Shown: piece after piece, positions 10,387 through 19,899 of the stretch
Layout: each line of letters begins with the position of its first letter
Numbering within the stretch: the first letter of the stretch is position 1
Assembly: GCA_018820005.1 (NCBI GenBank)
Contig: JAHJOS010000511.1
Coordinates: 1-46,254, forward strand
From: Alphaproteobacteria bacterium
GTDB taxonomy: Bacteria; Pseudomonadota; Alphaproteobacteria; Rhizobiales; Devosiaceae
DNA length: 46,254 nucleotides
Reading direction: 5' to 3'
Made by a program: the position numbers and the translations under genes
Notes under the pieces: model-generated
The model's database searches: none
Seen by the model: the letters and a program-made list of their open reading frames with translations, nothing else
What the model was told of the DNA's origin: nothing

Positions 10387-12387
10387 ATGTATCGATTGTT
10401 TCTTGCCGGATCGCTCTCGTTGGCAACCGGACCCGTGCTCGCGCAGACAAGTGAACCGCTTACGCTCGACCCCTTGGTGGTGAGTTCGCCGCGGGCAGAG
10501 TCCGACTGGTTTACCTTGCCGATGGCGGTGTCTTCCGTGACGGCACAGGACCACCCGGGCGAACAGTTGCTCACCCTCGATAGCCTGCTGGGGCCTGTCC
10601 CGGGCGTTTTCTCGCAGAGCCGCTACAACCTGGCCCAAGGCATGCGCTTGTCGATTCGCGGCTTCGGTTCCCGTTCCAGTTTTGGCGTTCGCGGCGTGCG
10701 GGTATTGGTCGATGGGGTTCCCCTGACCATGCCGGACGGGCAGACCGAAATGGATGGGCTGGACACCTCACTGGTCGAGCGCATCGAGGTGATTCGCGGC
10801 CCCTCATCGACCATCTACGGCAATGCCGCCGGCGGCGTCCTGGCGATCGAGACGCGACAGCCGGGCAACACGCCGCGCACTCAGGTTGAAGTGACAGGCG
10901 GCGAACTGGGCTATCGCCGCATGCGCGCGGAGACCAGCGGCAGCGCCGGGTCGCTGGGCGCATTGCTCGCGCTCAACGCCACACAGCTCGATGGCTACCG
11001 CACGCACGGGACTGCCGAAACCAACCACCTCACCGGCAAGCTGCGTTGGCTGGGGGAGGGCGGCACGCTTGGCCTGACCCTGCATGCGATCGACAACCGA
11101 GCCGAAGATCCCGGTGGGCTGAACCTGGATCAGGTCCGGGTCGACCGATCCCAGGCGCGGCCACAAAGCCTTCAGTTCGATTCAGACGAGACCGTCCAGC
11201 AGCAACGCCTTTCGCTGGTCTGGGATGGGCAGGCCGCAGGCGGTGATACCTACCAGTTGCGCAGTTACTACGGCCAGCGCGAGTTCAGCAACCGTCTCCC
11301 GCTGCGCGCCAATGGTCAGACGGCCTATGACCGCTGGTTCGCCGGGGTGGGTGCTCAGCGGACCTTTAACCGGGAGTTGGCGGGCCTGCCTCATCAACTC
11401 ACCGTCGGGCTGGACCTGGAGAGCCAGCGCGATGAGCGCTCGCGCAACGACAACCTGCCTGGCGGCATCACCGGCGCCCTCACTCAACGCCAGCGCGAAA
11501 CGGCGGACAGCCGGGGTGCGTTTATCGAGGATCAGGTAAACCTGGGCGATGCCTGGCTGCTCACCGCAGGCGTGCGCTATGACAGCGTGCGACTCGAGGC
11601 GAAGGACCGCTATCTGAGCGACGGCGATGCCTCGGGCGAGCGCAATCTCGAAGACTGGAACTACAGCCTGGGGCTGAGCCGGCAACTGGACAGCCATCAT
11701 GTCGCGTACGTGCGTTACGCGACATCGTTCGAGACACCTACGATCAACGAAGTGGCGAACCCAAGCGGGGGCGGCTTCAATCCATCGCTGGGCCCGGCGC
11801 GGGCGGTCAACCGCGAAATAGGCTTCAAGGGCGAGCATCCCGGATTGCGCTACGAAGCGGTGTTCTACAGCATGCGCATCGAAGACGAGTTGGTCCCGGA
11901 AGTCGACGGACGCACCTTCTACACCAACGCGGGCCGCTCCAGCCGCGACGGCGTCGAGCTCAGCGGGGACTGGTTGGTGGGGCGCCATTGGCGTTTGACC
12001 GGTGCCTGGAGTTACAACCGCTATCGTTTCGACCAGTTCCAGGGCTACGACGGCAACCGCATCCCGGGCATTCCCGAGCAGAGCCTGTTCGCCGAGGTCA
12101 GCTATGACCGCGACGACTGGTATGCACGGGTCAACGTCAATGCCTACGGCCATCAGTACGCGGACAATGCCAACCTCGACCGCGTGCCCGGCTATGCGGT
12201 AACCAACGCCCGCCTGGGCTGGCGACTGGCGTGGGGCGATCAGCGGTGGGAGCCCTATATCGGCGTCGATAACCTGCTGGACCGGGACTACTACGACAAC
12301 CTGCGTATCAACGACAACTTCGGTCGCTACTACGAGCCTGCTCCAGGCCGCACGATCTATGCAGGAGCCAAACTGACTTTCGAGTGA
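10387..12387 (+). CDS. TonB-dependent receptor, PqqU/YncD-like (probable PQQ uptake)
   Basis: Signal peptide; plug FGVRGVRVLVDGVPLTMPDGQ..IEVIRGP..YGNAAGG and C-terminal YYEPAPGR resemble YncD/PqqU; divergent from a PQQ enzyme. Confidence 0.8.
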   Translation: MYRLFLAGSLSLATGPVLAQTSEPLTLDPLVVSSPRAESDWFTLPMAVSSVTAQDHPGEQLLTLDSLLGPVPGVFSQSRYNLAQGMRLSIRGFGSRSSFGVRGVRVLVDGVPLTMPDGQTEMDGLDTSLVERIEVIRGPSSTIYGNAAGGVLAIETRQPGNTPRTQVEVTGGELGYRRMRAETSGSAGSLGALLALNATQLDGYRTHGTAETNHLTGKLRWLGEGGTLGLTLHAIDNRAEDPGGLNLDQVRVDRSQARPQSLQFDSDETVQQQRLSLVWDGQAAGGDTYQLRSYYGQREFSNRLPLRANGQTAYDRWFAGVGAQRTFNRELAGLPHQLTVGLDLESQRDERSRNDNLPGGITGALTQRQRETADSRGAFIEDQVNLGDAWLLTAGVRYDSVRLEAKDRYLSDGDASGERNLEDWNYSLGLSRQLDSHHVAYVRYATSFETPTINEVANPSGGGFNPSLGPARAVNREIGFKGEHPGLRYEAVFYSMRIEDELVPEVDGRTFYTNAGRSSRDGVELSGDWLVGRHWRLTGAWSYNRYRFDQFQGYDGNRIPGIPEQSLFAEVSYDRDDWYARVNVNAYGHQYADNANLDRVPGYAVTNARLGWRLAWGDQRWEPYIGVDNLLDRDYYDNLRINDNFGRYYEPAPGRTIYAGAKLTFE

Positions 12388-12542
12388 CGACGTTCACCGA
12401 TGCGCTGTTGGGGCCCGACGCTGCGGTTTTGCGAGGATGGATGTGCGCTACCTGGCATATCTGCCAGCTAGTTTTCCGAGCCAAACCCCTTAGGCTGGTG
12501 ATGAGGCATCGCGCCTCATCAACGTGAAAGAGGGGTATCGCT

Positions 12543-12683
12543 ATGTTCAAGCTTCTTCAAAAGCGCATTTCCAAACGAAACGTGGCCGATCGGGCCGTCG
12601 TCATCAAGAATGCCAAAGAGAAAATCAACGGCGTGCCGGGCGGCGCGATCGTCGAGGGCAGCTATGGCGTCTGGTCCCGTTGA
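12543..12683 (+). CDS. Lasso peptide precursor A (46 aa; leader MFKLLQKRISKRNVADRAVVIKNAKEKIN, core GVPGGAIVEGSYGVWSR)
   Basis: Hand-translated ORF with GAGGGG RBS; Gly1 and Glu9 ring partners; stop overlaps the cyclase start (TGATG). Confidence 0.85.
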   Translation: MFKLLQKRISKRNVADRAVVIKNAKEKINGVPGGAIVEGSYGVWSR

Positions 12684-14134
12684 TGGACCTTGGGTGGCGG
12701 CTCCGCCGTCACCCAGCGCTTACCGCCTTAATGACTCAGATTTTCAACACAGAGCATGGATCCGCCGCGGCCCCGACGCCGCTGGAGATCGTCCCGGGTC
12801 TTCAAGTACGGTTTCAACGCGGTACGACCGTTCTGACGAACGCGGGCCCCGAGGTCTTCTACATTCGAGCCGTATCATCAGGTTTCAGCATCTGGACCTC
12901 CCTGAAGCAGCTGTTGAAGTCGACACGACCGGCTCTCAACCTCAGCTACCTGCGCCATCATTTGCGATTCGGTGAGACGGTAACCCATGCCACTGCATGG
13001 GGCGACGTATATCAGCTGATCCCAAACGCGGCCCTAACGCTCAGTGCAGATGGCTGCTCATGGCACTTCGAACCTTGGAGTGGAGAAGGGTGCCAGAACG
13101 CATCGCTTGATCATCCCGCGATACTGTTGAAGCAGGCCATCCCCGGCTCGACGGCGCCAGTTGTACTCGAACTGTCCGGCGGTACCGATTCCACCGCCAT
13201 CGCCTACGCGCTTGCTGGCCGAAACGATGTGTTGGCCATCACCTGGGCTGATCCGCTAGCCCCGGACGGCAGCGACGTCGGACATGCCAAGCGTATCGCC
13301 AGCAAGCTTGGTTTCGAACACCGAATTGCAATCCTGTCCCCTGACGCTCTGTTCGCGCTTCCGTCGCAGTTCGAGCCAGACAGGCCCAGCGTATCGCTGT
13401 TCATGATGGCGGAGCGGGACAGGTTCGTTCGTGGCGCGACCGGAGGACACACCAACGGCGTCGTGGTCAACGGCCACGGCGGCGATCACATCTTCCTCGA
13501 TCCGCCAAGCCCGGTCCCCATTGTAGATCTCCTGTCCTGTGGTCGTTTTCGAGAAGCCCTGCGGTACTACCGGACCCTCGTCCAATTCCATGGCGGGGGA
13601 GTGCTTGCCCCTTTGCGCTATTGCCACGTGGGACGAGGCATCGGTCGCAGCGCATTGACCCTCAGACCGGGAAAGCGCCTGCATCACCGACTGGTCCGGC
13701 AGGCCTGCTACGAAAACGCGATCTGGAGCAGGCTCGGTGTGCCGTACAAAGTCATCCATCCGTTCACCTGTCCCGCGATGCTTAGCTACGCGCTGTCGAT
13801 CGCCCCGCACGAGCATGTCGGTCAGGCGCAATCCAGACAGCCGTTCCGAAAGGCCATGAACGACTACCACCAGACCGAGGATTTCGGCCGGGTTAGCAAG
13901 GGCCACCTTACCGGCATATTTCAGCGAGCCATCCAGCTGAAGCAGGACTCATTGGCGGCGCTGTTGGAGCAGGGCATCGGTGCGAGCTACGGCATGTACA
14001 GCGTCGACGATATGCGCAGGGCACTGGAAGCGGCCGCGCTTGGCGCTACTGACATCCATCCACGGCTTATGAACGCGCTGTCGCTGGAGCTTTTCATGCA
14101 GCACTGGTCTCGCCTTTCGGGAGTGGCTCGATGA
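12683..14134 (+). CDS. Lasso peptide cyclase C (asparagine synthetase-like)
   Basis: PP-loop ELSGGTDS, NGHGGDHIF, HPF and R.SKG motifs; no N-terminal catalytic Cys; ATG 12683 coupled to the precursor stop. Confidence 0.88.
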   Translation: MDLGWRLRRHPALTALMTQIFNTEHGSAAAPTPLEIVPGLQVRFQRGTTVLTNAGPEVFYIRAVSSGFSIWTSLKQLLKSTRPALNLSYLRHHLRFGETVTHATAWGDVYQLIPNAALTLSADGCSWHFEPWSGEGCQNASLDHPAILLKQAIPGSTAPVVLELSGGTDSTAIAYALAGRNDVLAITWADPLAPDGSDVGHAKRIASKLGFEHRIAILSPDALFALPSQFEPDRPSVSLFMMAERDRFVRGATGGHTNGVVVNGHGGDHIFLDPPSPVPIVDLLSCGRFREALRYYRTLVQFHGGGVLAPLRYCHVGRGIGRSALTLRPGKRLHHRLVRQACYENAIWSRLGVPYKVIHPFTCPAMLSYALSIAPHEHVGQAQSRQPFRKAMNDYHQTEDFGRVSKGHLTGIFQRAIQLKQDSLAALLEQGIGASYGMYSVDDMRRALEAAALGATDIHPRLMNALSLELFMQHWSRLSGVAR

Positions 14135-14808
14135 CACACAGATGCCTAAGGTTCGCGCCATGGATCTTCCACGCATTGGCCGATGGTGAGCTGGTGCTGC
14201 TTGATGCCCGCTCGAACGAATTCGTCCTGTTCGACCGCGATGCATCGCGGGAACTCGTCGACGCCGTCGAGGGGCGAGCCATGAGCCCGCTTGTCGAGCG
14301 GCTGCTTGTCGAAGGAAGGCTGCAGCACGCCTCGTCGACGCCCAAGCTCAATCGGAGCCACGTGCCCGGAATTGATGATTTCACCTGGAGCGAGTCGGTC
14401 CGCTACAAGGCACGTCATCATGCCTCTTGTCCCTCTGGCCGCGAGGTGCTTGCGGCTGGCCTGACCCTTGCGAAGATGTGCGTTCTGCTCAAATGCGTGT
14501 CGCTTTTCCGTCTGCTAAAAAGCGGCCGGAACAGGCCCGTCAGCCAGGGCCCGGCAAAGGCAACGCTCGACCGAGAAATCTGCGCCCTGGTCCGTGCCGC
14601 ACGGTGGCTCCCATGCAAAGTCGCCTGCCTTGAATTCTCTCTCGCTCTACGCGAACGCCTGGCACGACACGGCGTCAATGCAACCGTCGAGATTGGCGTG
14701 CAGAAGTACAGCTTCATGGCACATGCCTGGGTGGAGGTAGATGGCCAGCCGTTAGGTGAGCCGGACCATGTCGCCCGATCTCTCCACCGCCTGCGGGGTA
14801 CCGAATGA
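14131..14808 (+). CDS. Lasso peptide B protein (fused RRE + leader peptidase)
   Basis: N-terminal PqqD-like ELVLLDARSNEF; C-terminal transglutaminase-like CLEFSLAL...AHAWVE; ATGA overlap with C. Confidence 0.9.
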   Translation: MTHRCLRFAPWIFHALADGELVLLDARSNEFVLFDRDASRELVDAVEGRAMSPLVERLLVEGRLQHASSTPKLNRSHVPGIDDFTWSESVRYKARHHASCPSGREVLAAGLTLAKMCVLLKCVSLFRLLKSGRNRPVSQGPAKATLDREICALVRAARWLPCKVACLEFSLALRERLARHGVNATVEIGVQKYSFMAHAWVEVDGQPLGEPDHVARSLHRLRGTE

Positions 14809-16484
14809 CGCAAGCGCTGCAGCAATACCGCCGAGCCCTGACCTTGGCCCGAACCTACTACCCCAAGGCCTTTACCTACTTCGCGATTGCCTCTGTACTC
14901 CTGCTGGCATTGGCGCTACTCAATGCCACCGTTCCGGTGCTGCTGCGCGAAGCAACCAACCGGCTTGCATCAGGTGATGCCATGAGCATCATCCTGGTCA
15001 CCGCAGCGGCCTACGCACTGTGCTGGACCGGTGCGCAGGTGCTGGAGTGGACCAAGAACATCCTCTCGGCCGCGGTGCTGGTGCGCTGCGACGCGGCCTT
15101 CTACCGCGCGTTCTTCGACCACCTGCTCAAGGTGCCACAGGCCGAGCTGCGCAAGCTCGACCAGGGTGTCCTGGTTGCCGATGCGCAACGTTCCAAGGGT
15201 GCCTTCAGTGCGCTGACCAGCACGCTGTTCTGGATTGTGCTGCCGACACTGATCGAGCTTCTGTTTGTCTTCGCGGTACTGGCAACGTTGATCAACGTTG
15301 CCTTCGCGGCGTCCTTCATCATGGCGATCGTCGGGCTGGTTGGGCTTTCGGTGCTGCTGTCACGCAAGGCCAAGGGCATCCACCAGCGGATCATGGAATC
15401 GAACAACCAGGTGATGTCGCATTTCACCGAGCGGATGCGCCTGGTCGAAGAGATCAAACTCAACAATGCCCAGCCCCTGGAGCAACAGCGCTTCGGCACC
15501 AAGGTCGGCGGCTTCATCGACAGCGTGTCCGTCGGCAATCTGCGCATCGGCCTGCTCATGCTGCTTCAGGTCACCCTGGTCGGTGCGCTGCTACTGGCCT
15601 CGACGCTCTACGTTGTCAGCGAAGTTGCGAAGGGCACCTACACGGTGGGTGACTTCGTCATGATCAACGGCTACGTCATGCAACTGACGATGCGCCTGGC
15701 CCTGCTGGCGAGCGTACTGATCGAGCTTCGTAACCATCTGGTCCTGCTGGACAGGGGCTTTCATTACCTGGACATGGCGCCGGAGCCACAGGGCAGACAG
15801 GCGCCCAACATGAATCAAGAGGTTCTGTTCGAGCTGAAGAGCGTGTCCTACCACGCCGAGGGACGGTCGATACTAAACAACATCGACCTGCAGATCCGTG
15901 AGGGGCATACCTACGCAATCACCGGTCCGTCGGGCGCCGGCAAGACAACACTGCTGCGCCTGCTGGTTGGACTGATCCAGCCGGAGGAGGGCACGGTTAG
16001 GGTGTTCGGCGCGGATACCAGGGAGCTGGACCGCACCGCTTTGCTCGACGTCGTTTCGGTCGTCACCCAGCACCCGCTGCTGATCGCCGGCAGCGTGGCT
16101 GACAACGTCCGCTACGGCGCAAAGCGAAATCTGAACGACGACCAACTCGACAGCCTCCTCGGCCAGCTCGGACTCGACGCCCACGCCATCGACAATTCAA
16201 CACTGAACAAGCACGTCGGCTTCGATGCGGCTGCCGTGTCGGGTGGCGAGAAACAGCGCATCGCTATCGCCCGGGCATTGGCGCGTGGCACACCGACGAT
16301 ACTGCTGGATGAGCCTACCTCGGCCCTGGATGTCGCGAGCGAAGAGCGCACCATCGATGTGCTCAAGGCCAACGCGCGGACGCTAGTGCTGATCACGCAT
16401 CGCCCGTCGGTTATCGTCAAGGCCGACTATGTCATCCACCTCGACGGCGACGGGACGGTGCGCATTAATTCGTCGCAATCCTAG
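14805..16484 (+). CDS. ABC exporter (TMD+NBD), lasso peptide export/self-immunity protein D
   Basis: N-terminal TM domain, GPSGAGKT, VSGGEKQR, LLDEPTSALD; ATGA overlap with B. Confidence 0.9.
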   Translation: MTQALQQYRRALTLARTYYPKAFTYFAIASVLLLALALLNATVPVLLREATNRLASGDAMSIILVTAAAYALCWTGAQVLEWTKNILSAAVLVRCDAAFYRAFFDHLLKVPQAELRKLDQGVLVADAQRSKGAFSALTSTLFWIVLPTLIELLFVFAVLATLINVAFAASFIMAIVGLVGLSVLLSRKAKGIHQRIMESNNQVMSHFTERMRLVEEIKLNNAQPLEQQRFGTKVGGFIDSVSVGNLRIGLLMLLQVTLVGALLLASTLYVVSEVAKGTYTVGDFVMINGYVMQLTMRLALLASVLIELRNHLVLLDRGFHYLDMAPEPQGRQAPNMNQEVLFELKSVSYHAEGRSILNNIDLQIREGHTYAITGPSGAGKTTLLRLLVGLIQPEEGTVRVFGADTRELDRTALLDVVSVVTQHPLLIAGSVADNVRYGAKRNLNDDQLDSLLGQLGLDAHAIDNSTLNKHVGFDAAAVSGGEKQRIAIARALARGTPTILLDEPTSALDVASEERTIDVLKANARTLVLITHRPSVIVKADYVIHLDGDGTVRINSSQS

Positions 16485-16660
16485 GCGAGGGCCCGGCTAC
16501 AGCAGGCAGCAAATTTTTCCAAACCTGAACAATCTGAGCGAGGTGTCGATTTTCGCAGGCGTCCGTACGACTATTTGAGGTAATCGCCCGGTCGGCGCGC
16601 AAACGCCATTCACGCGGCCATATTCAGGGGACGCCAAGGTTGCCGAGCGCTTCACCGAAA

Positions 16661-16708
16661 ATGGCCAGCAAGAACACCATCTGCCTTCGCTACGACGGTA
16701 CCGCGCTC
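16661..16708 (+). pseudogene. 5' remnant of a VOC/3-demethylubiquinone-9 methyltransferase-like gene
   Basis: MASKNTICLRYDGTAL resembles the family N-terminus (KNTICLWYD); similarity then stops. Confidence 0.4.
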
Positions 16709-16798
16709 TGCCCGCGTCGCGTGTCCCAGGCCAGCTCATAAAGGGGAGGCAGGCACGTGCAAGCGCTCCTTCTCAACATTACGATCCTGGCAGGCGAG

Positions 16799-17383
16799 CT
16801 ATCCCAGGGCTCGCTCAACCCACTCCAGTCTGTCCTGACCAAAGAACATTTCCGCTCCGACAAAAAAGGTTGGCGCACCGAACACTCCGCGGTTCACCGC
16901 CTCGGTGGTTAGGCTTTTCAATCGATCCTTCACCACCGGGTCGCTGCATCGGCTCAGAACTTCCCGGGGTTCAAAGCCGTCCGCCGCTAATACCTCGGCG
17001 ATCACGTCAGGCTGGTGCATGTCGCGTTGCTCGACCCACATAGCATTGAAAACGGCGTGCAGATAATCATGGAAACGCGGCGTGCCTAGATATGCCGCAG
17101 CGCCGCGCATCAGCGTCAAGGTGTTGATGGGGAAGTGCGGATTATGATTGAGCGGCACACCATAGCGCCTGGCGAAACGCTGTAGGTCCAGTTGGCTGTA
17201 GCGGCCCTTGGCTTCAACGGTGGCCGGTGAACTGTTGCCGGTCGCCTGAAACACGCCGCCGAGCAGCATCGGCTTCCACACCACGTCGGCGTCATGTCGC
17301 TCGGCTAAAGAGGGGAGTTGAGTCCAGGCCAGGTAACTGGCCGGGCTGCCTACATCAAAGAAGAACTCGATCTGCTTGCTCAT
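16799..17383 (-). CDS. 2-hydroxychromene-2-carboxylate isomerase family (DsbA/GST-kappa)
   Basis: FFFDVGSPASY, GVFGAPTF and FFGQDRL motifs. Confidence 0.9.
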   Translation of the reverse strand: MSKQIEFFFDVGSPASYLAWTQLPSLAERHDADVVWKPMLLGGVFQATGNSSPATVEAKGRYSQLDLQRFARRYGVPLNHNPHFPINTLTLMRGAAAYLGTPRFHDYLHAVFNAMWVEQRDMHQPDVIAEVLAADGFEPREVLSRCSDPVVKDRLKSLTTEAVNRGVFGAPTFFVGAEMFFGQDRLEWVERALG

Positions 17384-17402
17384 GGTTCGCTACTCCTATC
17401 AT

Positions 17403-18131
17403 TCAGAACGTTTCCAGCCAGGGGCGCAGATCCAGTTCGTGCGTCCATGCAGAGCGAGCCTGACAGTGTATTTGCCAGTACTGTTCAGCAATATGTTCCG
17501 GGTCGAGGATCCCGTCCTGCGCTTTCAGCGCATAGCGTTCCGGGAAATTGTCGCGGATGAACGCTGTGTCGATGGCGCCATCGATAATCGGGTGAGCCAC
17601 ATGGATACCTTGCGGGCCCAGTTCGCGCGCCATGCTTTGAGCGAGGGCGCGTAGCGCGAATTTCGCACTGGCGAAGGCTGCGAAACCGATGCCGCCGCGC
17701 AGCGATGCTGTCGCTCCGGTGAAGATTATGGTTCCACGCCCTCGTTGGAGCATTACCCTGGCGGCTTCGCGACCGGCAAGGAAGCCCGCCAAAGCGGCCA
17801 TCTCCCACACCTTGCGGTACACGCGCTCGGTGGTTTCAGTAATCGAGAAGCGTACGTTAGCGCCGATATTGAAGACCATCACCTCGATCGGACCGACATC
17901 GCGTTCAATCCGCGTGAACAGCTCGAGGGTCTGTTCCTCGCTGCGTGCGTCACAGGCGAAGGGGTGAGCAATGCCGCCCGTGGATCGAATCTGTTCAACC
18001 AGCGGTTGCAGTTGATCCAGATGACGACGAGTAATGCAGACGGCAAAACCTTCACGGGCGAAACGGCGCGCGATGGCGCTGCCGGTTGCGTCGCCTGCGC
18101 CGATTATTAACGCGACGGGCTGAGAAGACAT
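17403..18131 (-). CDS. SDR family oxidoreductase
   Basis: IIGAGDATG Rossmann motif, FTGATAS, FASAKF, ARELGP. Confidence 0.9.
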   Translation of the reverse strand: MSSQPVALIIGAGDATGSAIARRFAREGFAVCITRRHLDQLQPLVEQIRSTGGIAHPFACDARSEEQTLELFTRIERDVGPIEVMVFNIGANVRFSITETTERVYRKVWEMAALAGFLAGREAARVMLQRGRGTIIFTGATASLRGGIGFAAFASAKFALRALAQSMARELGPQGIHVAHPIIDGAIDTAFIRDNFPERYALKAQDGILDPEHIAEQYWQIHCQARSAWTHELDLRPWLETF

Positions 18132-18205
18132 TATGCGCTCCTGGGTAAGTTCCTTTTTAGAACCTGTCAAGCTAAGGTGAGCAAAACCTTTATTCAGGAG
18201 TGTTT

Positions 18206-18694
18206 ATGCGCTGGGAGGATCTCGATCAGCAGCCCTGTTCCATGTCTCGCGCGCTGTCAGTGGTTGGGGATCGCTGGACGCTGCTTATCCTGCGCGATTG
18301 CTTTCTCGGTATTCGCCGTTTCGACGTATTTGAAAAGCGTCTCGGCATCACCCGCCACCTGCTGGCGGATCGATTAAAGAAGCTGGTCGAGGCGGATGTG
18401 CTGGTTCGCGTGGCGTATCAACATAAGCCACTGCGAGAGGAATATAGGCTGACCGAACGTGGGCGGGATCTGCACCCTGTCATGTTGGCGCTGGTGCACT
18501 GGGGCGACAAGCACATGCTAGGTGGCCGGAGCGCGCCGGTGCTGCATCGTCACATTGGCTGCGGACAGCTCATGCGTCCGGTAGTGGTTTGCTCCGAATG
18601 CGGGGATCAGGTGCATGCGCGCGATGTGATTGTCGAGCCTGGTCAAGGCTGGCAGGGCGATGGCGTTGTACCGGACGGCCCAATCGCGGGTTGA
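18206..18694 (+). CDS. HxlR-family winged-helix regulator
   Basis: CSMSRALSVVGDRWTLLILR, EYRLTERG; divergent from the SDR operon; AGGAG RBS. Confidence 0.9.
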   Translation: MRWEDLDQQPCSMSRALSVVGDRWTLLILRDCFLGIRRFDVFEKRLGITRHLLADRLKKLVEADVLVRVAYQHKPLREEYRLTERGRDLHPVMLALVHWGDKHMLGGRSAPVLHRHIGCGQLMRPVVVCSECGDQVHARDVIVEPGQGWQGDGVVPDGPIAG

Positions 18695-18910
18695 GACCGA
18701 GGTAGGTGTTGCTCTGGTCATCCCCGCCTTGGATATTCCAGGCAAGTTCGTTGACGCAGGTGATAGCCAAATCCACGCCAGCCTGATGCAGACGGGAGCG
18801 GCTGCCGTGCTAGTTGCCGAGGATTAACTGATCGGGGGAAATAGCTGGCTCCTGGGCGCCAGCGTGTTGGGGGTGTGCTGGGTGCGCCCGGTTGCGGCTC
18901 CATGCGCCGT

Positions 18911-19062
18911 TCAGGCGCTGATCACCGTCTTCAGCCCTGCGACCAACCTGTCCTCCGCATCGTCCAAGCGTCGGTTGGTGGAACCACTGGACGTTCGGTG
19001 TCATCGAGATGGCCGGCGTCAGGGCGACGCCGTAGTAGGGTTCGGCGGGGTATTCCACTGAA
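18911..19062 (-). pseudogene. Frameshifted 3' remnant of an OprB-like carbohydrate porin
   Basis: EYPAEPYYGVALTPAISMTPNVQWFHQP, then in a shifted frame DDAEDRLVAGLKTVISA*, resembling the terminal OprB strands. Confidence 0.5.
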
Positions 19063-19108
19063 TGTATGCGTATGGCAAACGCGCCCTGAGTTGCGCCAGT
19101 GCTTGCTC

Positions 19109-19441
19109 CTACCGGCCCGGCACCCGGAAAACGGTTACCAGCACTATCGCATCGGTCACCGCATGCAATGCGTGGTCGGCGCCCCCTTCGAGAAACATCA
19201 GATCGTCCTGTTTCATCGTTTGCATGGAATCGCCTGCCCGTACCTCGATCGAACCCTGACGGCAAAAGAGCGTGATCGGACCGGCCACAGCGTGAGGCGG
19301 GACCGTTTTGCCAGCTTTCATGACCAGGCGCATCAGCTCGATTTCAGGTGTGCTAACCAGGGCTTGGGAGATTGGGGTTGGCGACTCACGGGAGGCGAGC
19401 AGATTCACTACCTCGGATGATTTTGCGTGTTGTAAAGCCAC
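19109..19441 (-). CDS. Cupin-domain protein
   Basis: GTG start with AGGA RBS; PPHAVAGPITLFC..G and HALHA cupin motifs. Confidence 0.8.
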   Translation of the reverse strand: MALQHAKSSEVVNLLASRESPTPISQALVSTPEIELMRLVMKAGKTVPPHAVAGPITLFCRQGSIEVRAGDSMQTMKQDDLMFLEGGADHALHAVTDAIVLVTVFRVPGR

Positions 19442-19680
19442 GTCTATTCCTGTTGAGCTGTAGTTGTCGCAAGCGTAGTGCATGAGCGACGGGATACAAA
19501 ATCGGACCAGGGCGATGATCCTCCATGGTCCGAGGCAGGCTCGCTGTCGCACGTTGTTGGGCACGGCGACATGAGTGGGCCCATACCAGCAATTGGCGCC
19601 GCCCGGCTTTCTGATGGGATTGCCACTCACCATCGTCGGCCGGACCGCATCACATGCGCTGGTTGTCGTCAGGCCTGCCG

Positions 19681-19896
19681 TTAAGCTAGCCAGACGGGGG
19701 CTTGTTCTGGCTGGTCCTCAGGCCGTACGACGCGATTACATACCAACCCTGTCTCGGCCGTCATTCGCCTGGCGGCTTCCGGATCGTCGGCGAACGGCAG
19801 CAGTGCGGCCTGTTGCGCGTCGTCTCCGGACGCACTGGTTAACCACGCTATCGTGCAGACTAGAGCGAGCACCAAAACAATCGAGAGCGTTTCCAT
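19681..19896 (-). CDS. ccoQ: CcoQ-like small subunit of cbb3 oxidase
   Basis: One N-terminal TM helix followed by AALLPFADD; directly downstream of ccoN. Confidence 0.7.
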   Translation of the reverse strand: METLSIVLVLALVCTIAWLTSASGDDAQQAALLPFADDPEAARRMTAETGLVCNRVVRPEDQPEQAPVWLA

Positions 19897-19899
19897 GGA

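Noticed and set aside
12524-12682. N-terminal extension of the cyclase given by the ORF track
   Set aside because: It overlaps the lasso precursor in another frame; ATG 12683 is coupled to the precursor stop
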